A stretch of DNA of 63,449 bases, filler included, from Collodictyon triciliatum (lineage: Eukaryota): assembly GCA_043381765.1 (NCBI GenBank). It is 16 parts of 16 records of this genome, joined end to end, with 100 filler letters (N's around TTAATTAATTAA, not from the genome) between each part and the next. Parts side by side here need not be neighbours in the genome. Positions count along the whole stretch, not along the records: positions 1 to 4,266 come from JBHJMP010006304.1; positions 4,367 to 8,647 come from JBHJMP010006305.1; positions 8,748 to 13,012 come from JBHJMP010006306.1; 13 more parts are not named here. One strand, written 5' to 3'. Under the pieces are notes generated by a model. The model had not been told where the DNA came from and made no database searches. It saw only the letters and a list, made by a program, of their open reading frames with translations. Numbering within the stretch: the first letter of the stretch is position 1; each line of letters opens with the position of its first letter. Below, in pieces: positions 1 to 11,508 of the stretch. Made by a program: the position numbers and the translations under genes.

Positions 1-2230
1 AATACATGATTTGTTTCCATATGAGCCGGAGTTTGAGTTGAATGTGCCTTTTGAACAAGCATAGCATGAGCTTGAGTCTTTTATAATTTCTTCTTTTTGG
101 TAGAATCCTGATGAGCATAAACTGCATGATGAGCTTCTCTCCGAGCTGTAACTTCCATTTGGACATGAAATGCACGATGATTCATCAAATGACCCAGTTA
201 TATTGTTGAATGTACCAGCTGGGCATGGTGGGCATGATGCTTGACCATCCTTATCATTCCAAGTGCCTTGTGGACATTCGATACACGATTTGTTTCCATA
301 TGAGCCGGAGTTTGAGTTAAATGTGCCTTTTGGACAAGCATTATATGATTCAGAGTCTTTTGTCACACCTTCTCTTTGATAGAATCCTGATAAGCATGAG
401 CTGCATGATGTACTTCCACTTGAGCTGTAGCTTCCATTTGGACGTGAAATGCATGATGATTGATTGAATGAGCCAGTTTTATTGTTGTATGTACCAGCTT
501 GACATGGTGTGCATGTTGCCTGACCATCCTTATCATTCCAAGTGCCTTGTGGACATTCAATACATGATGTGTTTCCATATGAGCCGGAGTTTGAGTTGAA
601 TGTGCCTTTTGGACAAGCAAAATATGATTTTGAGTCCTTTGTGATTCCTACTTTTTGATAAAATCCTGGTGAGCATGAGATACATGATGTACTTCCACTT
701 GAGCTGTAGCTTCCATTTGGACATGAAATGCATGATGATTGATTGAATGAGCCAGTTTTATTGTTGTATGTACCAGCGAGACATGGTGTGCATGATGCTT
801 GACCATCTCTATCACTCCAAGTGCCCTGTGGACATTCAATACATGACTTGTCTCCATATGAGCCGGATATTGAGCTGAATGTGCCTTTTGGACAAGTGTA
901 GCATGAATTTGAATCTTTTATGATATCTTCTTTTTGATAGAATCCTGATAAACATAAGCTGCATGATGCACTTCTTTCTGAGCTGTAGCTTCCATTTTGA
1001 CATGGTATACATGATAATCCATCAAATGAGCCAGTTTTATCGTTGAATGTCCCAGCTGGACATGACGTGCATGATGCTTGACCATCCTTATCATTCCAAG
1101 TACCTTGTGGACATTCAATACATGATTTATTTCCATATGAGCCGGAGTTTGAGTTGAATGTGCCTTTTGGGCATGTATGACATGATTTTGGGTCTTTCAT
1201 TACTCCTTCTTTTTGATAAAATCCTGGTGAACATAAGCTGCATGATGTACTTACACTTAAGCTGTAGCTTCCATTTGGGCATGAAATGCATGATGATTGA
1301 TTGAATGACTTAGTTTTATCGTTGAATGTACCAGCTGGACATGATGTGCATGATGCCCGACCATCTCTATCGTTCCAAGTGCCTTGTGGACATTCAATAC
1401 ATGATGTGTTTCCATATGAGCCGGAGTTTGAGTTGAATGTGCCTTTTGGGCAAGCGAAGCATGATTCTGAGTCTTTCATTACTCCTTCTTTTTGATAAAA
1501 TCCTGATGAGCATAAAATGCATGATGAACTTCTTTCGGAGCTGTAGCTTCCATCTGGGCACGATATGCATGATGATTGATTATACGAGCCAGTTTTATTG
1601 TTGAATGTACCGGCTGGACATGATGTGCATGATGCTTGAACATCTCTATCATTCCAAGTACCTTGTGGACATTCAATACATGATGTATTTCCATATGAGC
1701 CGGAGTTTGAGTTGAATGTGCCTTTTGGACAAGCATAGCATGAGCTAGAGTCTTTTATGAGTCCTTCTTTTTGATAGAATCCTGATGAGCATAGGCTGCA
1801 TGATGCGCTTCTTTCTGAGCTGTAGCTTCCATTTTGACATGGTTTACATGATAATCCATCAAATGAGCCAGTTTTGTTGTTGAATGTCCCAGCTGGACAT
1901 GATGTGCATGATGCTTGACCATTTATATCATTCCAAGTACCTTGTGGACATTCAATGCATGATTTGTTTCCATATGAGCCGGAATTTGAGTTGAATGTGC
2001 CTTTTGGACAAGCATGGCATGATTCTGAGTCTTTTATGAGTCCTTCTTTTTGATAGAATCCTGATAAGCATAAGCTGCATGATGCGCTTCTCTCTGAGCT
2101 GTAGCTTCCATTTGGACATGAAATGCACGACGATTGATTGAATGAGCCAGATTTGTTGTTGAATGTACCAGCTGGGCATGAAATGCAACTATCTCTGTAA
2201 TTATTCCCAAAAGTCCCTTGTGGACATCCA
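1..2230 (-). repeat. Coding tandem repeat, about 279 bp (93 aa) x about 8
   Basis: The motif CCATATGAGCCGGA recurs about every 279 bp (near 17, 296, 575, 854, 1133, 1412, 1691, 1970). Confidence 0.9.
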
Positions 2231-4266
2231 ATGCATGACAGATTGCTTGTTGAACCAAATCTTGGATTATACGTTCCATCGATACATTCTATACATGTCT
2301 TTTGGCCAGATATTGGATTGTAAGAACCAGGTTGGCAAAGTTCACATGTTGATTCACCTGATTTTGATGAAAATTTTCCTTGGGGACACAATTGGCAACT
2401 GCTAACATCGACTGATGCGACATTTGGATTGAAAGTCCCGGCTGGGCATTTTTCGCAGTTAGTTGATTTTGTTTTATGTGAGTATGTACCAGTAGGGCAT
2501 GGATTACAAAACTGCTTTCCTTTCTCACTCATGAAAAACCCAGCAGGACAGTCAAAACAACTTGATTTTCCATCAACACTATTGTATGTTCCTGGCTCAC
2601 ATAGGAGGCATGAAGAATTTCCAGCCCCTCGAATATTTGGATTGAATGTTCCTGCTGGGCAGTAAGTACACGACCTATCTCCCTCATTACTGTAAAAACC
2701 ATTAGTGCAATTATTACATGAAATTTGACCTTTAATATTATTAAATGTTCCAGCCTCGCATTTTTTGCAAATTGATTGACCCACAAGATTATTGTATGTT
2801 CCTTCTTCGCATGGAAGACAATCTTTAATGCTTGTTGAGCCAGTGGATGGGTTGTAAGTTCCAGTCGGACACAATGGACAAAAAGTGAGATCATTTCCGT
2901 TATTATAAGAACCGGATGGACACATTTGGCATGAATTTGATAGTTGGTCGAAATAGTATCCTCCTTGACACGGACTCCAGACTTTGATGAATGTGTCTGT
3001 GCTTGCTGAAATTATTTTTGAATCTGGAGTGGCAAAAACACTATTAACTGAATTGGTGTGACTTAAAAGCGTTCGAATTTCTCGTCCATCTGACATTGTC
3101 CATATTTTTACTGATTTATCACTGCTTCCAGAGTGCAATTTCGTTCCATCAGGTGACATTGAAATGCTATTTACTGAGCTTGTGTGTCCATTCAGGGTTC
3201 TGATTAACACGCCATCCAAAATATTCCAAATCTTGATTGTGTTATCGCTGCTTCCAGAGATGATTTTTGTCCCATCTGGAGATGTAATAACACATCTGAC
3301 AGCACTCCCGTGGCCGGTAATTGTTCTGATTAATGCTCCATCTGACATGTTCCAAACTATAATGGAAAAATCAGCACTGCCTGATATAATACTGGTATTA
3401 TCAGGAGAAATAAAAATAGAATTCACTGCTTTCGTATGCCCAGATAAGGTTCGAATTAAGATTCCATCTGAAGCTCTCCAAATGTTGATAGTCATGTCAT
3501 CACTTCCTGATAATATAATAGAATTATCTGGTAATATTGCAACGCTTCGAACAGCAGCAGTATGTCCGCTAAATGTTTTCAAAAGTAAACCATCCGAAAA
3601 ATTCCACATTATTACGGTGCTATCACTGCTTCCTGACACGACTTTGGTTCCATCAACCGAAACAACAACACTATTGACAGAATTTGAATGGGCATTTATA
3701 GATAGCGTTAGAGAACCGTCGGCAAAATTCCAAATTTTTATTGTGTTGTCGCTACCTCCTGACACAATTTTTGTTTTATCGGGACTTAAAGCAACACTAT
3801 TAACAAAGTTTGTGTGCCCTAAAACCGTCAAAGTCAAACTAAAATCTGGATAATTCCACATCTTAATTGTTGTATCATCGCTTACTGACAAAAATTTTGA
3901 GCCATCTGAGAGAACTGATGTTCCAGTGATTGGAGCTTTATGTTCATTAATGATATTTATAGTCGTTCCACTTGATTGACTCCAAATTCTAATGGTTCTA
4001 TCACTACTTCCAGAAATAATCTTGGAACCATCCGGAGAAATCGAAACAGTTTTGATTATTCCTGTGTGCCCATTAAGAGTGTGAATTAAACTTCCATCCA
4101 AAATGCTGGTCATTCTTATTGTTCTATCGCTACTTCCAGAAACAATTTTCGTTCCATCTGGACTTATAGCAACAGAGTTTACTGCATCAGTATGAAAATT
4201 TATATTTTGTACCAATGTTCCGTCATTAAAATTCCAGACTTTGACGGTTTTGTCGGAACTTCCAGA
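1..4266 (-). CDS. Large intronless protein, truncated at both ends: about 10 WD40 repeats followed by GCC2_GCC3/ephrin-receptor-like Cys-rich repeats
   Basis: One minus-strand frame reads SGSSDKTVKVWNF...GHTGIIKTVSISPDGSKIISGSSDRTIRIW (WD40, about 4266-2975), then CPKGTFNSNSGSYGNKSCIECPQGTWNDKDGQASCPPCPAGTFNN repeats to the window edge. The frame was checked at both ends and at the domain junction. It is probably missing from the ORF track because it runs off the window without a stop. Confidence 0.9.
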
Positions 4267-4310
4267 NNNNNNNNNNNNNNNNNNNNNNNNNNNNNNNNNN
4301 NNNNNNNNNN

Positions 4311-4322
4311 TTAATTAATTAA
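4311..4322. other. Artificial contig linker TTAATTAATTAA inside an N run (first of 15)
   Basis: The identical six-frame-stop 12-mer flanked by about 44 N also occurs at 8692, 13057, 17421, 21784, 26146, 30508, 34868, 39228, 43587, 47946, 52301, 56656, 61009 and 62121. Confidence 0.98.
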
Positions 4323-4400
4323 NNNNNNNNNNNNNNNNNNNNNNNNNNNNNNNNNNNNNNNNNNNNCCCAATCATATAGAGGAATCAAGCCGGTGTTAAA

Positions 4401-4435
4401 CCCAGCGACCCAGCGACCCAGCGACCCAGCGACCC
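4401..4435 (+). repeat. GC-rich 8-bp tandem repeat (CCCAGCGA)x4 next to the stop of the 301-aa ORF
   Basis: Read directly: cccagcga x4 plus ccc. Confidence 0.9.
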
Positions 4436-4436
4436 T

Positions 4437-5342
4437 TTAAAGTTTGCGTGCTCTGAATACGACCGCCTTCATCTTTTCGGGGTCCTTGATAGCCTCCAAT
4501 ACATTTTTTAATTCACGTTTCTCGTTTGCCTCAAACCCACCGCGTTGTGCCCAGCGTTCAATGTCAGGGTATTTCCCAGGACCAAATCGTTTGCCAGATT
4601 GCACACCAAAGTATTGCCCATTCCCATCAGGAACAATTTTGACTTCAGAAATACCATTTGTAAATTTTATAATTTTTGAAGTTGGGCTACCATTCGACGC
4701 AGTTGATAAAATCTTTTCCTGGGAAAAGTCAGATGTTTGCATAAATCCTTTTTCTAATTTTATAGGCTCACCTCTGCGCATAGCAGCATATGCTTCGTTT
4801 TGAACTTTAATTTTTTTTATAAAATCTAGTCTCTGTAACAAATCTTTATTAGTTTCATTTGGATAGCTAATATATGTAGCGCCTAGCCTATCAAACTCTT
4901 CTTGTAATTCTTTTTTTGATTTGCGAGCCCAATCATTTCCATAGTAATATGATAATCGTGATGGATCTGTAAATTCTTCTAATGCCCTCAAACTCGGTGC
5001 ATCAATTGTCACGGGTAATGCTGCCTCAGTGTCCATAATTTCGTCCCCAGCTTCATCTGTCTCTGGTGGTCGTTGTATTGTGACAACTGCATCTGCCTGA
5101 ATATTTGCAGCGGGTCGAGCGGGAGCACCAGCCCGAGCAGCAGCTGCCGCTTGTCGAGCCGCGTCATTAGCAGCGGCTACACCTGCTCGAACTCTTTCCT
5201 CAAAATTAGGCATTTGTGATGCCATACCACCGGCTACTGCATCCCGCATGTCTCGTGCATTCAAAGGTGCTGGTAGGGCAGCTGCTATAGCTCTAGTAAA
5301 TTCATCTAACGTAAACTGTCCTTGTACATTTGGTTGTGCCAT
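4437..5342 (-). CDS. Hypothetical 301-aa intronless protein with Ala-rich N-terminus, virus-like context
   Basis: Complete ATG-to-TAA ORF starting 15 bp after the stop of the upstream large ORF. No recognisable domain. Confidence 0.8.
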   Translation of the reverse strand: MAQPNVQGQFTLDEFTRAIAAALPAPLNARDMRDAVAGGMASQMPNFEERVRAGVAAANDAARQAAAAARAGAPARPAANIQADAVVTIQRPPETDEAGDEIMDTEAALPVTIDAPSLRALEEFTDPSRLSYYYGNDWARKSKKELQEEFDRLGATYISYPNETNKDLLQRLDFIKKIKVQNEAYAAMRRGEPIKLEKGFMQTSDFSQEKILSTASNGSPTSKIIKFTNGISEVKIVPDGNGQYFGVQSGKRFGPGKYPDIERWAQRGGFEANEKRELKNVLEAIKDPEKMKAVVFRARKL

Positions 5343-5357
5343 AGTATTACAAATAAA

Positions 5358-8300
5358 TTAATTTACCCAAATCAAAACACAATTTTGTTTTTCTTCATCT
5401 AACCATACTACTATCGGCACTGCATCGGCTGGGTCTGTTGGAGATAAAATTATTTCTCCATTCGCTTCAACTAACCACACATATGTGTTACTAGAATTAG
5501 TTGTGGGGTCAGTTAATGTAATTATTGAACGGTCATCAGGCACGTCAAACTCATAGTTTAAATTCCTTCTTACAAAAGCAAATTTTTTAATTACATCAAA
5601 ATATTGAAATAGTTTACTTCCCCAGAACTCAAACCCTGCAAACCATGATAATAAAAATGTTCGAATATCTATTTCATCATAACTATTGCCTACTATAAAA
5701 TTCACTAGAGTTTGCATCTCCGTATTTGATAAATTAAATATATTACCATTTGGTAATCCACCAGGCGTATTAATATGCAACACACTTTTTAGTTCTTCTG
5801 ACGACTGTATGTATCCCATATTATATTGTTCCAATTCTAAATTAAATTCATAAATTTCAGCTTGACTGATGTTGATGCTTTCAACAATTATATCATATAA
5901 ATGTCCAACTACGCTTTTCAAATATTGTTCCCATTGTGATTCTATATCTTTTTGAATGCTAATTATCTCATAATCAGATGCATTAACTGATGCAAGTTGC
6001 CTAGTAATCGTAGTTAGAAATTTTTTACGGGATGCTGGAAATATAGCTCTTCCAGACACAAATCTATTTACAACACTGCTCCATTTTTTATAAGCTACTT
6101 TAAAAAAAGAGAATCCATATTTTTTTTGTTCCGTTGTAAACGAGTTTCCAGCTCGCACAAGAGCTGCATTATAAAATTGTTCTATTTCTGCCACATTGCC
6201 AAGTAATGCAGTCTCATCTTGAGAATATGATATCTTTTGTGGTCTTGGGTTTCTAGTAGGAGCCGGTGTAGATATAGTAGGAGCCGGTGTAGCCGGTTGA
6301 ACGTAATCTGCATAATCTATGCTTTTATTTGCTCCTCCATCTTTTTTACGAATTGCAAACGCAGAATATTCCGATGGATCAGTTTTTTTTGATGACACAA
6401 TCTCGGCATATTCTTTTTCCAGTTCCAGTCCTTCTATCAGTTTCTTGAATCTTTCTTTGATTATTGTCCCAGGTTGAAATTCACTTAGTTTGCTTTTTGG
6501 TAGTGGTGTTTGTTCTAATGCTTGATTAACTTGCTCCGTAATTTTTCTAACTTCTTCTTCTTGCTGTTTTTCACGTTCCTTATAACGTTGCTTCTCAGTT
6601 GAGGATGGGGATGGGGAGGTTCTAACAACCGGGGCTATCTTTTTTTCAGATTCTAACGTTAATTCTCGGCTTTTAAAATCGTCAATCAATTGTCTTGCGT
6701 TTTCTATTACATTATATCTGGTATTCTCACTTGGTATCTGTTGGTCATATCTAGGTATCCCTGATATATTGTATTTAAAATTTATCGGAGTTAACTCATT
6801 AGCGTCAAAATTTGATAACATTTGGTCTACTTCTCCAGATGGTGGCGTTACACTCTTTCTTTCAAATGACTTTTCTATACTTTTTCCAACATCTGTAATT
6901 CTATTTCCAGTTTCCACTGTAAAATACGCCGGTATCAGAAACTCCGTCTTTATTATTTCCAATTGATTTCTAATCCATCCATATATTTGTGGAATTGTAT
7001 TTTCCACCCAATATTTATAATTTGCAATACCAGATATATCACGGCTTGACTTTAACCGTTGATCTTCTGTATATAGATACTCAACTAACATAATTCTAAG
7101 ATGACACAACCATATACCAAGAATCTCAGTGTAACTTTTATAAAAGTTATCCGCAAAATCTCTTCGTAATGAAGGTTGATCTACTGTGTATTTGACATAT
7201 GGTTGTATCTGATTCATCATTCTAAGAGCATATTGGTAATTGCGAACGTCATATTTTGTTTGAAAATTCTCTGTTCCAGCATCAATAAGTTTTATAAGTT
7301 GAGCCAATTTGGCGTCACCACCAAAAACTCTTTTTTCCATTAAAACTTGCATTGACTTTGACTTATCTTGTTTAGTTGGATTTCTCCCCACCTGTTTTTC
7401 AACAGATTTTTCAACAAATTCTTCTACTTTCTTTTTAATTATTCGTTCTTTCGGCTCACTTTTATCTTTAGGTTTTCGTTTTTTTGTTGTCAAAGGTGTA
7501 AAAGAAAACTGCGGAACATCTACAGTTATTATCGGTAGTTCAGTTGTTGAAGCTTCAGCTTGAACCTTGCTTTTTTTTAGACTTTTAGGTGTTTCTTGAG
7601 TAAAAGCAGATAGAGGAGGTGTATCGGTTACTTTTAAATCTCGGGAGGGTGTGGGTGGAACTATTGGGGTTAGTTTACTAACTTTTTTGCTGGCTATTGC
7701 TTGTTGTACCTCAGGTTGCACACTCAATAGCTTTCCTTCTTTTCCTTTTGGATCTATAACTTTTGGTTTCGGGGGTTTTGATTTATTGGTCTTTGTTACT
7801 TTTGAATCACTATCATATACACTTTCTTTTTCTTTTTCTTTTTCTTTCAATGGTCTAGCTTTTTTATCAGACTTTAATTTCTTTTCTAATTGTTCTAGAT
7901 CCAATTTTGCTTTTTCAGAAGACGGCCCTTTGCTTGACTCTGCTTTTTCAGGAACCGGCTCTTTGCGATCCAATTTTGCTTTTTCAGGAGACGGCCCTTT
8001 GCTTGACTCTGGAGACGCTTGTTTTGACGCTTGTGTGCTTGGAAACTCACTCGGAGCGTAGCTAGTTCTTGCACTGCTGGATGAGGACGACACATAATTA
8101 ACAAACTCCCTGTACTGATCTGCATTAAAATTCTTACCCGCCGCTGTATTAATTGAAATCCAATCATCAGGTGTTTCATCTGTGCCTCTGACACCAGTTT
8201 CTACATACACTTCTATGAATCTTTTTATTTTATACACAGTCCATTTCTCAGGGTCATCCCTAAATCCAGGATGAAGAGTAATATTTTTAAATTTTGGGTC

Positions 8301-8552
8301 TAACAATTGCAAAAATTTTACTATAACAGCTTTAAGCTCTTTACGCATTAATGTTGCACCACCAAGTGATTCAATCCAAATCTCTGGAATTTTTTCATTA
8401 GTATATTGTACAAGAAACCTCTCGTATTTATTAATAAAATTGCCTAGTCGGTATTGTTTAGCCTTCTCTATTTGTTCTAAATTGGTCATGTTTCCTACCG
8501 GGGCAGTCTCTGTTTGTTCGCTAGCTAAAGAATTAACTTTACGTCGACTCAT
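5358..8552 (-). CDS. Hypothetical intronless protein of about 1,064 aa with a Lys/Ser/Pro-rich region, virus-like context
   Basis: Uninterrupted ORF. First ATG at 8552 (MSRRKVNSL). Internal duplication of ESSKGPSxEKAKLD. No recognisable domain. Confidence 0.8.
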   Translation of the reverse strand: MSRRKVNSLASEQTETAPVGNMTNLEQIEKAKQYRLGNFINKYERFLVQYTNEKIPEIWIESLGGATLMRKELKAVIVKFLQLLDPKFKNITLHPGFRDDPEKWTVYKIKRFIEVYVETGVRGTDETPDDWISINTAAGKNFNADQYREFVNYVSSSSSSARTSYAPSEFPSTQASKQASPESSKGPSPEKAKLDRKEPVPEKAESSKGPSSEKAKLDLEQLEKKLKSDKKARPLKEKEKEKESVYDSDSKVTKTNKSKPPKPKVIDPKGKEGKLLSVQPEVQQAIASKKVSKLTPIVPPTPSRDLKVTDTPPLSAFTQETPKSLKKSKVQAEASTTELPIITVDVPQFSFTPLTTKKRKPKDKSEPKERIIKKKVEEFVEKSVEKQVGRNPTKQDKSKSMQVLMEKRVFGGDAKLAQLIKLIDAGTENFQTKYDVRNYQYALRMMNQIQPYVKYTVDQPSLRRDFADNFYKSYTEILGIWLCHLRIMLVEYLYTEDQRLKSSRDISGIANYKYWVENTIPQIYGWIRNQLEIIKTEFLIPAYFTVETGNRITDVGKSIEKSFERKSVTPPSGEVDQMLSNFDANELTPINFKYNISGIPRYDQQIPSENTRYNVIENARQLIDDFKSRELTLESEKKIAPVVRTSPSPSSTEKQRYKEREKQQEEEVRKITEQVNQALEQTPLPKSKLSEFQPGTIIKERFKKLIEGLELEKEYAEIVSSKKTDPSEYSAFAIRKKDGGANKSIDYADYVQPATPAPTISTPAPTRNPRPQKISYSQDETALLGNVAEIEQFYNAALVRAGNSFTTEQKKYGFSFFKVAYKKWSSVVNRFVSGRAIFPASRKKFLTTITRQLASVNASDYEIISIQKDIESQWEQYLKSVVGHLYDIIVESINISQAEIYEFNLELEQYNMGYIQSSEELKSVLHINTPGGLPNGNIFNLSNTEMQTLVNFIVGNSYDEIDIRTFLLSWFAGFEFWGSKLFQYFDVIKKFAFVRRNLNYEFDVPDDRSIITLTDPTTNSSNTYVWLVEANGEIILSPTDPADAVPIVVWLDEEKQNCVLIWVN

Positions 8553-8588
8553 TACAATTACAAACAAATTTTATTTCTTGTTCAAACT

Positions 8589-8647
8589 ATGGTCAAGGAT
8601 AAGCAATACAAGAAATCTAAAGTCGAAAAGAAAAAGAAGGACTACAA
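8589..8647 (+). CDS. 5' fragment of a basic protein divergent from the large ORF
   Basis: ATG at 8589 reads MVKDKQYKKSKVEKKKKDY into the gap, 36 bp from the divergent ATG. Confidence 0.55.
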
Positions 8648-9109
8648 NNNNNNNNNNNNNNNNNNNNNNNNNNNNNNNNNNNNNNNNNNNNTTAATTAAT
8701 TAANNNNNNNNNNNNNNNNNNNNNNNNNNNNNNNNNNNNNNNNNNNNACAAAAATAAAACAAAAATAAAACAAAAATAAAACAAAAATAAAACAAAAATA
8801 AAACAAAAATAAAACAAAAATAAAACAAAAATAAAACAAAATAAAACAAAAATGAAACAAAAATGAAACAAAAATGAAACAAAAATGAAACAAAAATGAA
8901 ACAAAAATGAAACAAAAACAAAAACAAAAATAAACTAAAATAAAATAAACTAAACTAAAATAAAATAAAATAAAATAAAATAAAATAAAATAAAATAAAA
9001 TAAAATAAAATAAAATAAAATAAAATAAAATAAAATAAAATAAAAGTCTGGTCAAACCATTCAAGAATGCCTATCGTATGAACATCTGTGGGTTAAAAAA
9101 TGAGACTTA

Positions 9110-11244
9110 CATTCTTTGAGCATCTTCTTCATCTTTTCGAGAACTCTCATCTCGGGCTGAAACGCTACCTGAGATTTCACCGTTTTCTTGGTGTTGATAT
9201 TTTTATGGAAATGATTACTGGTTAGCAGAAGGTAATATGACATTCAATACCAAAGACAACATGGTGTGTCATCGTATAACTTCTTGGTACATACCTGCTG
9301 TGTGCTCATCATCGTTTCTCTTACTACCTGCGGATGCAGAAGCCCGAAAGCCACTGCTGCCATCCATAAAAGCAGAAGATATGATTCTCTCACTAAATTG
9401 GGATGTCTGTCAATAACTAAATTGTTGAAAAATCATGCAGACTGAACGATTTTTCTTCTGAAATACTAAGCTGTACACTAACCTATCTTCTTTCCATTGT
9501 CTTGCATAATCTTCATAAACTCGATCATATTTTTCCTCAATACCAGTCCAGTCATAGAGACCGATATCCTTTTCATACTCTTTCACTTCTTGTTCCTATA
9601 CGTGAATATATAAGAAAAGCAAGAATCATGAATGAACACACAAAATGTTCTTATTAATACTAAAAAGACATTTTCTGTATTTTCTATTATTCAAATAAGC
9701 GATTGTATATAACGGGGTTGAATTTCATTTGAAATTGAAATAATCAACCGAGATGTAGATAGTATCAATGATTTATATGAGATAAATATAACCTTTCGAA
9801 TATCAAAACCCTCTTTAGATTTACAAAGATCTATTAAAAAAAAACATAGAGAAGTAGCTATGAGTATCATTTTGGTGAGTCCAAATCAAAATTGATAATA
9901 TTGTTGGTAATTATTACCTTCTGCATTAACGGAATCAGTTACAGATATGGCCACCTTTATCTCCTACAAAACATGTTAACACGGTTGGGTTTATTATAAA
10001 ATAATCGCTGCTTTTATAGGATACTCAAGTAATTTAAACCCATCAAATAAAGCATTTACAGCCCGAGTGACACAAATTGAGTCCAGAACTTCAATAGATT
10101 TTACAAAATGGCGTATTAGAAATGAGCGGTAGTAGAGTCTATCGACAAAGTTCCTGAAATATATTTTTAAGAAGAATGTATATAATACACATTTTACTTT
10201 TGTAACTTTTAAATAACGCACTGATTATCTAATGGGTTATTATCGCGGTTGAATTATCATTAGCTATTAACTTACTTGTCATCTAAAACAAAAGGGCAAC
10301 GCTTCACATAATCGTCAAGCCCTTCATAATAAGTAGACGGTTCTATGCTCTCATCACCAACATCAGGATAAAAACTTCTTGTTATAGGATTCCCACTGCA
10401 AATAATTAAAAAAACCGGATGAGATTCATACTTGGAAGCAATCAAAATAAGTATGCCAATCAAGGATGATAATCAAGGATGCTGTATAAAAACGGCCATT
10501 CACTAAATAAAATGCCTCTTCGTCTTGAAAAATAGAAATAAAACGAATTGACGTTATAAGTTCATTTTTATCACCGGAAGTCAGCAATAATCCATTCAGC
10601 TGTCATTTTGGAAATATCAATTGTAAATTCTCGAACATCATTCAGGTTATTGTTCATGAATAAAATTGTTCGAAGCTTGGTCATACACACACATGGCATT
10701 ATAGACTCGACTAAATTATTACTATGAAATATATTAATATTATTAGATTAGGTTGGGGTTAAGGGGTATGGTTTTTTTTTGTTTGCCTGAATTATATTCA
10801 ATTCCTTTCAATACTTCTTAACATGTAGTTTTTTTGTTTGCAAGATTGTCATACCTTAAATCAAGGTACTCAAGAAATATTAGTACAGAGAGAGCGTGAA
10901 TGTCCTTAATATGGTTTCCGGACAAAATAAGCTTCTTAAGCCCTTGACATTCTTTTAATGGTGAAGGATCGACGATTCCACGACCTTAGGAGAATGTGTA
11001 ATTTATATGACAGAAAAAAAATACTATTTTAAGTGAATAAAGTGAAATAAAGATTAAAAGGTTACTTGTGAGAAAGATAGAATTAACATAGAAAAAACAA
11101 AGAGTGGTATGTACTGTGTTATTCAGAGGCATAATACAGAGGGAGAAAAAAAACATGCACTTTTTATCAAGAGACTATCTTACCAGCCAGGTCTATGGTT
11201 TCCATCGTGTATTTTTTCTGAGGTTCAGAAGACTCATTGGGCAT
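9110..11244 (-). CDS. Multi-exon leucine-rich repeat protein (SDS22-like LRRs); 3' end not resolved
   Basis: GT-AG exons give LKECQGLKKLILSGNHIKDIHALSVLIFLEYLDLS, NNLVESI...LRTILFMNNNL, DFRGNPI and YRSFLIRHFVKSIEVLDS (LRR-cap-like). Confidence 0.8.
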
Positions 11245-11384
11245 GATCGAATCACCCTCACTATATCAATATAGAGCACCTTTTGGTTTAGAAAGCCTAA
11301 AATTATTCAAATAACATCCAAGGTCATGGAAAAACAGGAGAGAAATAAAAGTTGAAGGGAGGGAGAGAGGGGGATGAACAATCA

Positions 11385-11508
11385 AATAATAATGAAATAA
11401 TAATGAAATAATAATGAAATAATAATGAAATAATAATGAAATAATAATGAAATACTAATGAAATAATAATGAAATAATAATGAAATAATAATGAAATAAT
11501 AATGAAAT
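11385..11508 (+). repeat. 11-bp minisatellite (ATAATAATGAA)n
   Basis: Read directly. Confidence 0.9.

Noticed and set aside
1-2230. CRISPR-like array
   Set aside because: The whole 279-bp unit is homologous and in-frame coding. There are no unique spacers or cas genes.
3164-3853. 229-aa plus-strand ORF and other short ORFs over 363-2894
   Set aside because: They are antisense or off-frame shadows of the WD40/Cys-repeat gene.
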